From NCBI GenBank assembly GCA_965205025.1, contig CBDBFU010000003.1, positions 96,001 to 160,000 on the forward strand: 64,000 nt of DNA, in the 5' to 3' direction. Shown here one piece after another: positions 29,793-39,908 of the stretch; within the stretch, counting starts at the first letter, position 1; each line of letters opens with the position of its first letter. Source of the stretch: Candidatus Poribacteria bacterium (lineage in GTDB: Bacteria; Poribacteria; WGA-4E; WGA-3G). The notes below the pieces were generated by a model. It did not search any database and had not been told where the DNA came from. It was given only the letters and a program-made list of their open reading frames with translations. The translations under genes and the position numbers were made by a program.

Positions 29793-30650
29793 TTAAAAAG
29801 GTGCAGTTTTTAATTCGGTATCGTCAGTTTTTGATTCCTCTTGATTATTGTCAGAATCATATAGAGTTTCGGCTTCCTGCAGTTCCTCGGAGGATGGGAC
29901 CTCACTTTCATCCTTTGCAGTTGTTAATTGCTTCACCCGTTTACATAAATCATCAAATAGTGTTGGATTCGTTTCAGCAGCCTTAAATTCAGCAGAAAGT
30001 TGTGTCCACTGTTGTTCGGATATATCATTTTTGGACTCTACACTGCATTTGCATTTCATATAGTTCCATAGGTCGGCTTTACTAACACCCGCCTTTTCGA
30101 GTTGTTCAGACAATTGATTAGCAATAGCGAAAGTGGCTTTCTGGGCATTAGAGATGTTATCACCGGACTGTAATTTTTCTGGTTGCTTTGTGTTACCACC
30201 ACCTGCTTTACGATTCAGGTAGAAGTTCAATACTTCTCTTATCACAGGAACAGGTAATAACTGTTTAATAGCATTTCGCTGTGCTTTATGAATTGCTTTT
30301 GGAAACGCGTACGGATCTGGACGACTCCCATTCATTTTTGCTTGTTCACACGCACCCCATCGAGACGATCCCGTTATAGTATCTACAGCCTTGACAGTAG
30401 CAATCCATGAGTTATCAAGTTCTTCATATTCTATTTCTTCTACTTGTATACCGCCTCTTCTGTTCGCAGCTTCGTTAATACCTGCTAACGTTAACCCTTC
30501 AACAACGCGTCCTCCTTGTTTGAAAGAGTAAACGTAATCCTGAATTGTCTGTCCAGTCATTAGTTCAACGATCGTTTGATCGTCAACTTGATCCACAACT
30601 TCGAATTCCGCTGAAACCGGAACTATTTCTTCCTTCTTTTCTTCAGACAT
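29793..30650 (-). CDS. Hypothetical protein, possibly a single-strand annealing protein (Rad52/ERF/RecT-like)
   Basis: GLTLAGI.E, ATVKAVD..TG...WG..EQ, KAIHKAQRNAIKQL; acidic tail ending APF. Confidence 0.5.
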   Translation of the reverse strand: MSEEKKEEIVPVSAEFEVVDQVDDQTIVELMTGQTIQDYVYSFKQGGRVVEGLTLAGINEAANRRGGIQVEEIEYEELDNSWIATVKAVDTITGSSRWGACEQAKMNGSRPDPYAFPKAIHKAQRNAIKQLLPVPVIREVLNFYLNRKAGGGNTKQPEKLQSGDNISNAQKATFAIANQLSEQLEKAGVSKADLWNYMKCKCSVESKNDISEQQWTQLSAEFKAAETNPTLFDDLCKRVKQLTTAKDESEVPSSEELQEAETLYDSDNNQEESKTDDTELKTAPF

Positions 30651-31235
30651 AAATGCCTCCGAATCTTATATTATATATAATACTACTTACTAATCATAAC
30701 ACTTTTTTCATTATACTTCAAGTGGTTGTAGGTGTGTAAAATCTATGGCAATAACAAAATTTTAACCAGACAGATCAAACATTTTTATAAAATATCATAA
30801 AAAATATGAAGAAAACACCTATCTCTAACAACTAACATACATAAATCACAAAAACAAATAAATACATTTAATATATTTGTCATAATGACAATAATAGTAT
30901 ATAATACTATATCGTTCAATATTTGTAAACAAAAAAACTAAAAACTAAAACTAATGACTATTTATAAAAACGATCCTAATAACGAAATTTCATTTACGTC
31001 AAAAAATGCGCATCTTTTGACGGTAGAAAATGTCAAAATCAGGAAGAACAACAAAGACACAAAATCACACATTTTCGAAATTCTTATAAATCAAGTTCAA
31101 ACTGAAATAAAGTCAGTCTATAACAGGGGTTACAGGGGTAATTTACACCAATTTCAATGTCACACCGTGTGACAAAAAGTGTAACTTTTTTCATTTTTTC
31201 GACACATAGAGAATTGCAATAACAACTGGGTAAAC

Positions 31236-31318
31236 TGTCTGAGTATTTAGGATTAAATGTCTATTTTTATACCCTAATTTTTGTCTGTATATTAGGATTA
31301 AATGTCTGTTTTTGTACC
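31236..31318. repeat. Direct repeat with 45-bp period in an 840-bp AT-rich intergenic region
   Basis: ttaggattaaatgtct identical at 31247-31262 and 31292-31307, with similar flanks. Confidence 0.7.
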
Positions 31319-31491
31319 ATTTTAACATTCAGAAATATCAGGTATTGAAGAGTATTCTCAGGACAAATATATGTCCATTATATACAAACCATAACAATGA
31401 GATAATGTTACAATCTACCGACCTGAGAACTTGAAGTGACCATTTATTTTTGATATAATAAACCGAATTCATTATTGGAATACTACCACTT

Positions 31492-33021
31492 ATGACATCC
31501 TCACTACTCAATATGCATACGATTACGAAAGATTTTCCCGGGGTGCGTGCACTTGATGATGTCAATTTTGATGTGCGATCCGGTGAAATACATGCTCTTT
31601 GTGGTGAGAATGGGGCAGGCAAATCAACCTTAATTAAGATTCTCGGGGGAGTACATCCTTTTGGCACTTATGAAGGGGAACTGCACATTAATGGTATTGT
31701 ACAAAGGTTCAGAAATGTTCGAGATGCCGAAAATTCTGGTATTGCTGTCATTCATCAAGAATTGGCATTGATTCCTGAGATGACAGTTGCCGAAAATATA
31801 TACCTTGGTAGAGAACCACACAGGTTAAGTGTAATTGATAAATCCCGTTTATACAAAGATGCAGGAGAGTTATTAGCTCAATTTGGATTGGAGATTCCAT
31901 TACACGGACAAGTCTATAAGCTTGGAATCGGTCAGCAGCAACTTGTTGAAATTGCCAAAGCCTTGTCCCGAAACGCACATTTACTTGTACTTGATGAACC
32001 CACAGCAGCGTTAACAGAAAGTGAGGTGGAAATCCTCTATCAGATTTTGAGACAGTTGCGGGATAAAGGTGTAACATGCATATATATAACCCATAAACTA
32101 AAAGAGATATTTCAGATTGCTGATCGTGTAACGGTATTGCGTGACGGAAAAACAGTTGGTACACAATCAATTGAGGAATGTACCGAAGATAAACTAATTT
32201 CACAAATGGTTGGTCGTGAGTTGACCACACTATTTCCGGATCGTAAACAACCCTCGCTATTATCAAAAGATAAAAAAATAGCATTACGGGTTGAGAACAT
32301 AAACACCTATCCGCATGAACCACCGTTTCTTAAAAATATCTCATTTGAGGTGCGTCCTGGTGAGATCCTTGGCATCGCTGGACTGATGGGAGCAGGAAGA
32401 ACAGAATTAATAAACACAATCTTTGGTGCGAATACTGGAAAATGGGATGGAAATATATACAGAAACGGAAGACAGGTTGAAATTCACTCCCCCAGAGATG
32501 CAATACAACAAGGCATGGCATTAGTTAGTGAAGATCGTAAACGTTATGGACTTATTTTGGATGACGATGTTGTTACGAATATGACGCTTGCAAATCTAAC
32601 TTCGGCAGGAGAAATTACATCATTCGGTATCATAAATCGCGGTGTTTCGTATGGAAAAAGTAAAGAATATGTGGAATCGCTACGTATAAAAACGGCTTCG
32701 TATGATATACCTGTTCGTCAACTGAGTGGTGGGAATCAACAGAAAGTTGTTTTAGGTAAGTGGTTGATGACGCAACCAAAAGTCCTGTTTTTGGATGAAC
32801 CTACACGAGGTATAGATGTAGGTGCAAAATCAGAAATACATACTTTGGCAACACAATTGGCTGATGAAGGTGTTGCGATTGTATTGGTTTCTTCTGAACT
32901 GCCAGAGATTTTGGGTATGAGTGAACGTGTCTTGGTATTACATGAAGGTAGAATCACAGGTGAATTTATCAACGACAATTTGACACAGGAGGATATCCTG
33001 CGTTGTGCTGCAGGAGCATAA
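31492..33021 (+). CDS. Sugar ABC transporter ATP-binding protein (XylG/RbsA-like)
   Basis: Two ABC domains: GENGAGKST, LDEPT, LSGGNQQKV, DEPTRGIDVGAK. Confidence 0.93.
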   Translation: MTSSLLNMHTITKDFPGVRALDDVNFDVRSGEIHALCGENGAGKSTLIKILGGVHPFGTYEGELHINGIVQRFRNVRDAENSGIAVIHQELALIPEMTVAENIYLGREPHRLSVIDKSRLYKDAGELLAQFGLEIPLHGQVYKLGIGQQQLVEIAKALSRNAHLLVLDEPTAALTESEVEILYQILRQLRDKGVTCIYITHKLKEIFQIADRVTVLRDGKTVGTQSIEECTEDKLISQMVGRELTTLFPDRKQPSLLSKDKKIALRVENINTYPHEPPFLKNISFEVRPGEILGIAGLMGAGRTELINTIFGANTGKWDGNIYRNGRQVEIHSPRDAIQQGMALVSEDRKRYGLILDDDVVTNMTLANLTSAGEITSFGIINRGVSYGKSKEYVESLRIKTASYDIPVRQLSGGNQQKVVLGKWLMTQPKVLFLDEPTRGIDVGAKSEIHTLATQLADEGVAIVLVSSELPEILGMSERVLVLHEGRITGEFINDNLTQEDILRCAAGA

Positions 33022-33452
33022 TGGAAAAGGTATATAGGACTGAGAGTCCGGAGGAGACACAAAATCTTGGTGAAACGTTTGGGAAAACATTGAAACCTGG
33101 TGATGTGGTTGCCCTCATAGGGGATCTCGGTACAGGAAAGACCTGTTTAACACAAGGGATTGCGCGAGGTATAGGCATTGCTGCAGGTGAAGTTGTCAGT
33201 AGTCCTTCCTATATACTTATCAACGAATATAATGGAAAGATTCCTATCTATCATATTGATCTATACCGTCTGGAAAATATCACGGAAATTGCTGATCTCG
33301 GTATTGGTGAATACATAGACAGTGATGGTGTCTGTATTATTGAGTGGGCAGAACGAATGGAAGAAGATTTACCCGAAACCTGTATAAGAATTTATATAAC
33401 GTGGGAAGATGAAAACACCCGAATCATCAAAATACAACATTCTATACCTTGA
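33021..33452 (+). CDS. tsaE: t6A biosynthesis ATPase TsaE
   Basis: GDLGTGKT, VSSPSY, YHIDLYRL, IIEWA; TAATG coupling to the upstream gene. Confidence 0.95.
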   Translation: MEKVYRTESPEETQNLGETFGKTLKPGDVVALIGDLGTGKTCLTQGIARGIGIAAGEVVSSPSYILINEYNGKIPIYHIDLYRLENITEIADLGIGEYIDSDGVCIIEWAERMEEDLPETCIRIYITWEDENTRIIKIQHSIP

Positions 33453-34620
33453 TAGTGGTTCTGGAATTGGCGGTGGACAACGTAGCCTACTACTTCTGCT
33501 GCAGATGTTAGACAAACAGCGTTTTACACCTTTTGTTGGTTGTCTCGGAGGGAGTCCGTTTGCAGAGGAAGTAGCAAAAACCGACGCGGAGATCATACCA
33601 TTATCTCTTCCTGAAGCACATAATAAGACTGATAAGGTTAAGAGATTTACATTCCAAGATTTATTCAATGATTTCAGGCAGCTTCGTGTAATTCCGCAAC
33701 TCCATCGCGTTGTAAAACAGCATTCAATTGGATTAATACATGCCAATTCCCTTGCTGTAGCACTTCTTAGTGGGATTGTTGCGAGAATTAATCGTATTCC
33801 TATTTTGATGCATAAGCGATATGCTACATCCTACGGAATTTTAGACAAGATATGTGAAAAACTACTACATCGTGTTATTCTGGTGTCCGAGGCAACACGT
33901 TGGCATTTTGCATCCGATTCAAAACAGATATTAATTTATAACGGGGCAGATTTAGAAGCATTCCAAGCTTCTCAGACTGAAGTAGATAATCTACGTACTG
34001 AACTCTTATCGGATAACAAAAATGAGGTGGAAAGTGAATCCACATCCCCTATACTCGTCGGTGTTGTGACAAGAATAACTCCTGAAAAAGGTATCCATAT
34101 ACTTATAAAAGCTATGTCAGAGTTAAGAAAATCTCACTTAGAGGGTGGTGTGGATGTTAAACTACTTATTGTAGGTGGTCCTTATTTTCAGAAAGATTAT
34201 GAATATTTGGAATCACTAAAACAGGAAGTTGTAGAATTGGGTGTTGAGGATTCTGTGATCTTCACCGGGTTTTTACCTGATACACGTGTAGTAACCACTC
34301 TACTTGATATAGTATTAGTGCCTTCTATCATTCCAGAGGCATGTCCACGTACTATCATTGAAGCGATGGCAGTGGGTAGACCGGTGATTGCAACACCACT
34401 TGGTGGGAGTAAGGAGTTAGTTACACCAGAGACAGGTATCTTAGTTCCACCAGAAGATCCAAAAGCATTTGCATCTGCAATTAAAACGCTGGCAAAAGAT
34501 AACAATCAGTTAACTGCAATGAGAGAGTCTGCGCGTCAACGTGCTGAAGAATTATTCAGTATTCAGAAGAACATGGCATTAACAGAGTCCGTGTATACTG
34601 AATTATTGACATTATGTTGA
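33409..34620 (+). CDS. Glycosyltransferase family 4
   Basis: GGGQRS, IYNG, KGIHILI, EACPRTIIEAMAVGRPVIA. Confidence 0.92.
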   Translation: MKTPESSKYNILYLDSGSGIGGGQRSLLLLLQMLDKQRFTPFVGCLGGSPFAEEVAKTDAEIIPLSLPEAHNKTDKVKRFTFQDLFNDFRQLRVIPQLHRVVKQHSIGLIHANSLAVALLSGIVARINRIPILMHKRYATSYGILDKICEKLLHRVILVSEATRWHFASDSKQILIYNGADLEAFQASQTEVDNLRTELLSDNKNEVESESTSPILVGVVTRITPEKGIHILIKAMSELRKSHLEGGVDVKLLIVGGPYFQKDYEYLESLKQEVVELGVEDSVIFTGFLPDTRVVTTLLDIVLVPSIIPEACPRTIIEAMAVGRPVIATPLGGSKELVTPETGILVPPEDPKAFASAIKTLAKDNNQLTAMRESARQRAEELFSIQKNMALTESVYTELLTLC

Positions 34621-34875
34621 TAATATGTGCATAACTTTCTGTGATTTCACATAAGACATTCGAAATTGCAATAAAATTATAACTTTTTCTGCGATAAGGT
34701 TTATAGCAACGCATTCCAGCAGTTTAGGTTACAAATATATTGATATTTTTTAAGTTAATTCTTTAGTTAAAATGTGTGGATGTCAAATTATATAGATTAT
34801 AACTTAGGGTAAATTGTGTAATACACTTATTTTGAATGAAAATAGTGTATAGTTTTAGGTTTTGGAGAATTTGAA

Positions 34876-35919
34876 ATGGCTGATGGGACAGTAAAATCGA
34901 CCAATCCTATTCAAGGAACTCAGGTTAGTCAAGGAAGATTGAACCAGATGTCTGAGTTTATAGGTGAGGAGGTAAGTGACACTTCCAACTGGATTGAGAT
35001 CTATCGTACTGCTGATGAGTGGGAAGTTAAACTGATTCTTGCAACTTTGGCTGCACAACAGATTCGGTGTCGTCCCATACAAGTAAAAAAGCAACGTCAA
35101 ACTGCGCTTTTTGTTGATCCTGAGCATGAAGTTACCGCGATGGAACTGGTGAGTCGAATTGATGTTGCAATAGCAGATAATGAAATGGTAATGCAATCTA
35201 AAGAGACAGCAGAAGCGTTACAACAACGAGATATGGCAGCAGTTCCAGAGGAGAATCCACAATTGACGACCGAATCTGGTGAAACTCTTTTAGCGCAAAG
35301 AGAAGATATTGGTAGTGTTGTTCATGTTGATGGACAAGGGTATGAACTCCGTGTGGGTCCGGAACCTTATATTACCATTTCAGATAATGACTGGGAAGAA
35401 TTCACGGATTTTAGTGCACAACGTCAAGAGTTCGTAATGCTTCTTCGACATGAATATCCTGCTCTTTATGATTGGATCCAAGACGAAAAACTATTATCAG
35501 AATTCACACGACTCATTGAGATGACATATCAAGATGGATCACCCATTGTAGTTGCTCATCGTCAATATACTGAAACTACTGATGACGATGCAATGGATGG
35601 AACACCTTTCAACGGGTTCGCACAGTTAAGTATAACCGTAGCAGTTATTTCACTTCTCACTATATTAATTCGGGTGCCATGGCAGGTAAACGCAGTGTTG
35701 GCTGCAGTTGTGGTGTTGTCAGCGATTATAGCATTTTTCCAGATACGGATGCATGCAGAACGTAATATTGAGGGAGAAAAACCGAGTGGTAATATGTTAG
35801 CATTCAGTGCAATTATTCTATCGTGTTTAGTAGTGCTGTTTTCGTGGTGGTTGGATCAGCGTCCCGAAACCGAGACACCAGATAAGCCACCAGTGCGTGA
35901 GAATACAGGAAATCGATAA
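34876..35919 (+). CDS. Hypothetical membrane protein with DUF2007-like N-terminal domain
   Basis: WIEIYRTADEWEVKLI...L; three C-terminal TM segments. Confidence 0.6.
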   Translation: MADGTVKSTNPIQGTQVSQGRLNQMSEFIGEEVSDTSNWIEIYRTADEWEVKLILATLAAQQIRCRPIQVKKQRQTALFVDPEHEVTAMELVSRIDVAIADNEMVMQSKETAEALQQRDMAAVPEENPQLTTESGETLLAQREDIGSVVHVDGQGYELRVGPEPYITISDNDWEEFTDFSAQRQEFVMLLRHEYPALYDWIQDEKLLSEFTRLIEMTYQDGSPIVVAHRQYTETTDDDAMDGTPFNGFAQLSITVAVISLLTILIRVPWQVNAVLAAVVVLSAIIAFFQIRMHAERNIEGEKPSGNMLAFSAIILSCLVVLFSWWLDQRPETETPDKPPVRENTGNR

Positions 35920-36128
35920 TAGTGACATAGTAGATAACAGTATATAGTATATCCTATTGTTTTAATTGAAATATTATACATTATGATACTTAGGTTTCTC
36001 TACCCTCATTTTCCCATATTGTCTGAAGCAATCTCACGAAAATTCAAATATTCGAATCACCCTTTAGAATTAGATATCCATCATACTATTTAACCTTTTA
36101 ACCAAATTTATTACTGGAGAGTAACTTT

Positions 36129-38819
36129 ATGAAAAATCAGATTAAAACCAGTTTTTTGTTTTACATATTTACGTTATCCGTATGCCTCGTTTCCTTTTCC
36201 GTAAGGGATACTGTGGCACAAGACAACTCTGAACCCGATATCGCACCTGCCAATGCCAACTATACTTTTGAGACAATTGACGTTCCCGGTGTAGACTTCT
36301 TAGCGGTGACGGCAAGTAGCGACTTTGAGGACTACGCCGGTAACACCCCAAGTGCCGATGGTGAAAAAATGATCGGTTTTACCCTAATTGATGGGGTTTT
36401 TACAACCCATGATTTCCCTGGGGCACAAGGCACTTATTTTTACGCACTTGGTAATAATGGGGTAGCTGCAGGGCACTATCAGGATAGCGATGGACTCTAC
36501 CACGGAGTCATCTTAGGAGAAGATGGGGAACTGCGCCAATACGATTTTCCGGGGGCAATCGAAACCCAAATCTTCGGTTATAGTGACTCCACTGGGAGAC
36601 TAACAGGTAGTTTCATAGATGCTTCTGGTATTCGCCGTGGGTTCTCAGGCGACACAATCGTTGAGTATCCTGGAGCACCGGAAACTTATGCCGATTTTGT
36701 GAGCGGGTTAGGCAATATCGTGGGTAGTTACGTGGATGCTGTAGGCACATATCATGCATACCTGCGTGGACCGGGTGGAAGTTTCGCAACGCTCGACCTG
36801 CCACTAAAGGGAGAGTTGGACTACTTTTTTCTCCACGGTCTCAACGATGGATTGATTGCGGTTGGGCGCGCCAAACTGGTGGGTGGTGTCCCGCGTACTT
36901 ATGTCGGCAACCCCCTCAACCTACAAGAATTGCGAGTTCCGGATAGCGTTGGCACGGAGGGTTGGAATATCAATCAGGACGGATCCGTCGTTGGACACTA
37001 TGACACTGCAGATGGACGTAGACATGGATTTATAGCAAGACCCATAGAGAGCACTGATACAAGAGTCAGCAATAGACGTATTGGAGCACCCGTCGGCTTT
37101 ATATTTGAGAGTATTGATGTTCCAGGTGTAGATTTTTTAGCGTTGACTGCGAGTAGCGACTTTGAAGATTATGCCGGAAACACGCGAAGTGCTGACGGTA
37201 AAAAAATGGTCGGCTTTACGCTCATTGATGGCGTTTTTACCACACACGATTTCCCTGGGTCCCAAGGCACTTATTTCTATGCGCTCGGTAATAATGGCGT
37301 AGCTGCCGGACACTACCAAGATAGTGATGGCTTGTACCACGGTGTTATCTTAGAAAATGGTGAGTTGCGTCAATACGATTTTCCAGGTGCTGTCCAGACG
37401 GAGATATACGGTATCAGTGATGCAACAGGTGCACTGACGGGTAATTTTATAGACGCTTCAGGCGTTCGCCGTGGGTTCTCAGGCGACACAATAGTTGAGG
37501 TACCCGATGCTTCGGCAACTTATTCCGATTTTGTGAGTTGGACGGGCCATATCGTGGGTAGCTACGCGGATGCTGCAGGTACATATCATGCCTACATGCG
37601 TGGTGTGACGGGTAGGTTTTTATATATCGCCCTTCCAGCAGCACTAAATCTGGAATACTTTTTTCTTCACGGTCTAAACGAGTCAAGAAGTGTCGTTGGC
37701 CGCGCGAAAGAGGTAGGTGATGTCCCGCGCACTTATGTCGGCAACCCTCTCAACCTACGTGAGTTGCGGTTTCCGGGCAGTATTAGCACAGAGGGTTGGA
37801 ATATCAATCAGGATGGATCAGTTGTAGGACACTACGACTCACTGGATGGACGTAGACACGGGTTCATCGCCAAACCCGTTGATAAAGAAGAAAGCGATTC
37901 TTTTAGCAACGTCTTCAATATGACGTTGACCAAAGGATTGAACATGCTTTCTTTACCTTTAGCATCACCGAAACCGATGACTGCAAAATCACTCGCTGGC
38001 ATAACGGGTGCGACTGTTATAATAGCACTTGATGCTGAAAAACAAAGTTTTATCGGTTGGACACCAAGTGCACCTGACGAAGGGTTTCCAATTGAAGGTG
38101 GACAGGGATATATCGTCAATGTGCCTCAAGCACGCAATTTCGCATTCGTCGGAGCACATTGGACAAATGAAAGATACACAGGTGCAGCACCGTTTGCTAA
38201 ACCAAACCTTCCTGCACACGAAACATGGGCATTCGTAGTAAGTGGACATTTGGAAGGGAAATCAGCTACGTTTGAAGGTTACAAAGTAATTGTACGTAAC
38301 CTCAGAACAAACAGCAAAATTACTACCTCTGTGCAAGGGGATTACTTCGCTGCTGCAACTGCTGACCTAAATCGGATAAGTGTTGTGCAAGTTGGGGACA
38401 ATCTTGAATTGACCGTCACTGATACAAATGGTAATATTGTCTCAGAGAAATACATCGTTCCTGTAACGCCTGGTAGTTTAACCAATGCTGTGCTTCCTGT
38501 TAATCTTGACAGCATCGGTCAACCGAACAAGAATCAGTTGTTGCAAAACTATCCAAACCCGTTTAACCCAGAAACATGGATTCCGTATCAACTTTCGATT
38601 GCCGCACCTGTATCCATTTCAATTTATGATGCGACAGGTGGACTTGTTCGGACACTTGCTATCGGTTACCAATCTGAGGGGTTCTATCATAACCGTGGTC
38701 GCTCTGCCTATTGGGATGGCAAAAATGCTTTAGGAGAAAGAGTGGCAAGTGGTATTTATTTCTACCAGTTAACAACACCTTCTTTTGAGCAAACGCGCCG
38801 ACTAATTATTGTTAAATAG
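36129..38819 (+). CDS. Secreted protein with two tandem ~260-aa HAF-like repeat domains and a C-terminal Ig-like (FlgD/T9SS-type A-like) domain
   Basis: Duplicated unit starts at 36267 and 37104 (FE.IDVPGVDFLA...INQDGSVVGHYD..DGRRHGFIA); tail LLQNYPNPFNPETWIPYQL...WDGKN..GERVASGIYFYQL. Confidence 0.85.
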   Translation: MKNQIKTSFLFYIFTLSVCLVSFSVRDTVAQDNSEPDIAPANANYTFETIDVPGVDFLAVTASSDFEDYAGNTPSADGEKMIGFTLIDGVFTTHDFPGAQGTYFYALGNNGVAAGHYQDSDGLYHGVILGEDGELRQYDFPGAIETQIFGYSDSTGRLTGSFIDASGIRRGFSGDTIVEYPGAPETYADFVSGLGNIVGSYVDAVGTYHAYLRGPGGSFATLDLPLKGELDYFFLHGLNDGLIAVGRAKLVGGVPRTYVGNPLNLQELRVPDSVGTEGWNINQDGSVVGHYDTADGRRHGFIARPIESTDTRVSNRRIGAPVGFIFESIDVPGVDFLALTASSDFEDYAGNTRSADGKKMVGFTLIDGVFTTHDFPGSQGTYFYALGNNGVAAGHYQDSDGLYHGVILENGELRQYDFPGAVQTEIYGISDATGALTGNFIDASGVRRGFSGDTIVEVPDASATYSDFVSWTGHIVGSYADAAGTYHAYMRGVTGRFLYIALPAALNLEYFFLHGLNESRSVVGRAKEVGDVPRTYVGNPLNLRELRFPGSISTEGWNINQDGSVVGHYDSLDGRRHGFIAKPVDKEESDSFSNVFNMTLTKGLNMLSLPLASPKPMTAKSLAGITGATVIIALDAEKQSFIGWTPSAPDEGFPIEGGQGYIVNVPQARNFAFVGAHWTNERYTGAAPFAKPNLPAHETWAFVVSGHLEGKSATFEGYKVIVRNLRTNSKITTSVQGDYFAAATADLNRISVVQVGDNLELTVTDTNGNIVSEKYIVPVTPGSLTNAVLPVNLDSIGQPNKNQLLQNYPNPFNPETWIPYQLSIAAPVSISIYDATGGLVRTLAIGYQSEGFYHNRGRSAYWDGKNALGERVASGIYFYQLTTPSFEQTRRLIIVK

Positions 38820-39072
38820 TATCAATTCGATAGGAGTCACAGCTCTACCGGTATACAAACATTCTTCTAACACATGACGTTCGATATCAATCAGTTTTAC
38901 ACAGTTTTACAGCATGTTTCTTCATATTTGTGTCCTCTAAGATAATACACTATACTCTCTAAGAGACACACATCAGTTTGTCAAGACTCATATAAATGAA
39001 ATTTCAACTTGTAATTTTAGGTTGGTCTGTCCATAAGAGTGAAAACCAGCACTTACAAATTAATAAGTAATT

Positions 39073-39120
39073 AAAACAGTAAGGCGGGATCATTCAGTGA
39101 TGATCCCGCCTTACTGTTTT
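39073..39120. terminator. Intrinsic terminator (21-bp perfect stem)
   Basis: aaaacagtaaggcgggatcat-tcagtg-atgatcccgccttactgtttt. Confidence 0.9.
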
Positions 39121-39134
39121 GAAAAATAATGAGT

Positions 39135-39854
39135 CTATCTACCGGCTTTTAGAAGTCCCCATGTCGTTGAAACTTTGCCTTTTGGATTAACCGGTAAGGG
39201 ACCGTCAGGTCCATACACTAATACATCTTCGTATCTGGCAGTTGTTGCCCATGTTGCGACCCCGATTCTACCGACGCCATCTCTGGTAGCATCGTCAACC
39301 TCGGCAACCTGTTCATCATTAAGAAACAGTGTGTAGCTGGTGGGAGTAATAACAATTTTTATGTCGTACCAATCACCTGTAGCGATAGTGTGATTGCTAT
39401 GCGCTCCGGCTTTTCCACCACCCCATGCTTCAACCTGAGAACGGCTGTTTCCCCAACCGCCAAGGTTCCACCAGTATTCTAACCGTGCTTGTTTTTGCAT
39501 ACGTGGTGGGTGTTCTTTAAGTGCCTTTCCTCGGGGTTCCATGGGACCTTGGCACCGGAACATTATCAGGAAACCTTCTGCCCCACCTATTTTATTTCCT
39601 CTAACTTCGTAGGTGTAATCATTCCACTCCTCATCCCAAAAGTCATCTGCTACAACACTCATACAATTGGAATCATTTGAGAGTTGGTGGTATTCTTTAT
39701 CTTTGAATTCCCATTCACCCCATAAGGGTACCCATTTATCTTTTGATTTATTCGCGTTATCGAAATTATCCTCAAAGTAGATTTGCGACAATGCACCTGT
39801 TGCAATGCCGAAAGTAAAACATACTAAGAGGATAGCTAATCCAAAGTTCTTCAT
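39135..39854 (-). CDS. Secreted DUF1080-like beta-sandwich protein with C-terminal K..TTW..LK motif
   Basis: RBS aaggag before MKNFGL; FEDNFD, WNDYTYEV, EGFLIMFR, WWNLGGWGN, GRIG; tail PVNPKGKVSTTWGLLKAGR. Confidence 0.75.
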   Translation of the reverse strand: MKNFGLAILLVCFTFGIATGALSQIYFEDNFDNANKSKDKWVPLWGEWEFKDKEYHQLSNDSNCMSVVADDFWDEEWNDYTYEVRGNKIGGAEGFLIMFRCQGPMEPRGKALKEHPPRMQKQARLEYWWNLGGWGNSRSQVEAWGGGKAGAHSNHTIATGDWYDIKIVITPTSYTLFLNDEQVAEVDDATRDGVGRIGVATWATTARYEDVLVYGPDGPLPVNPKGKVSTTWGLLKAGR

Positions 39855-39908
39855 TGACAATGCTCCTTTAAGAAAGTGTTCACATATACAGTGAATCACC
39901 AAACATTT

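Noticed and set aside
30954-31172. 72-aa ORF in the AT-rich intergenic region
   Set aside because: No RBS, Lys/Asn-biased composition reflecting the A-rich DNA, and no recognisable motif.
31236-31318. Mini CRISPR array or oriC
   Set aside because: Only two units with similar 'spacers', no cas genes, and no consensus DnaA boxes or dnaA nearby.
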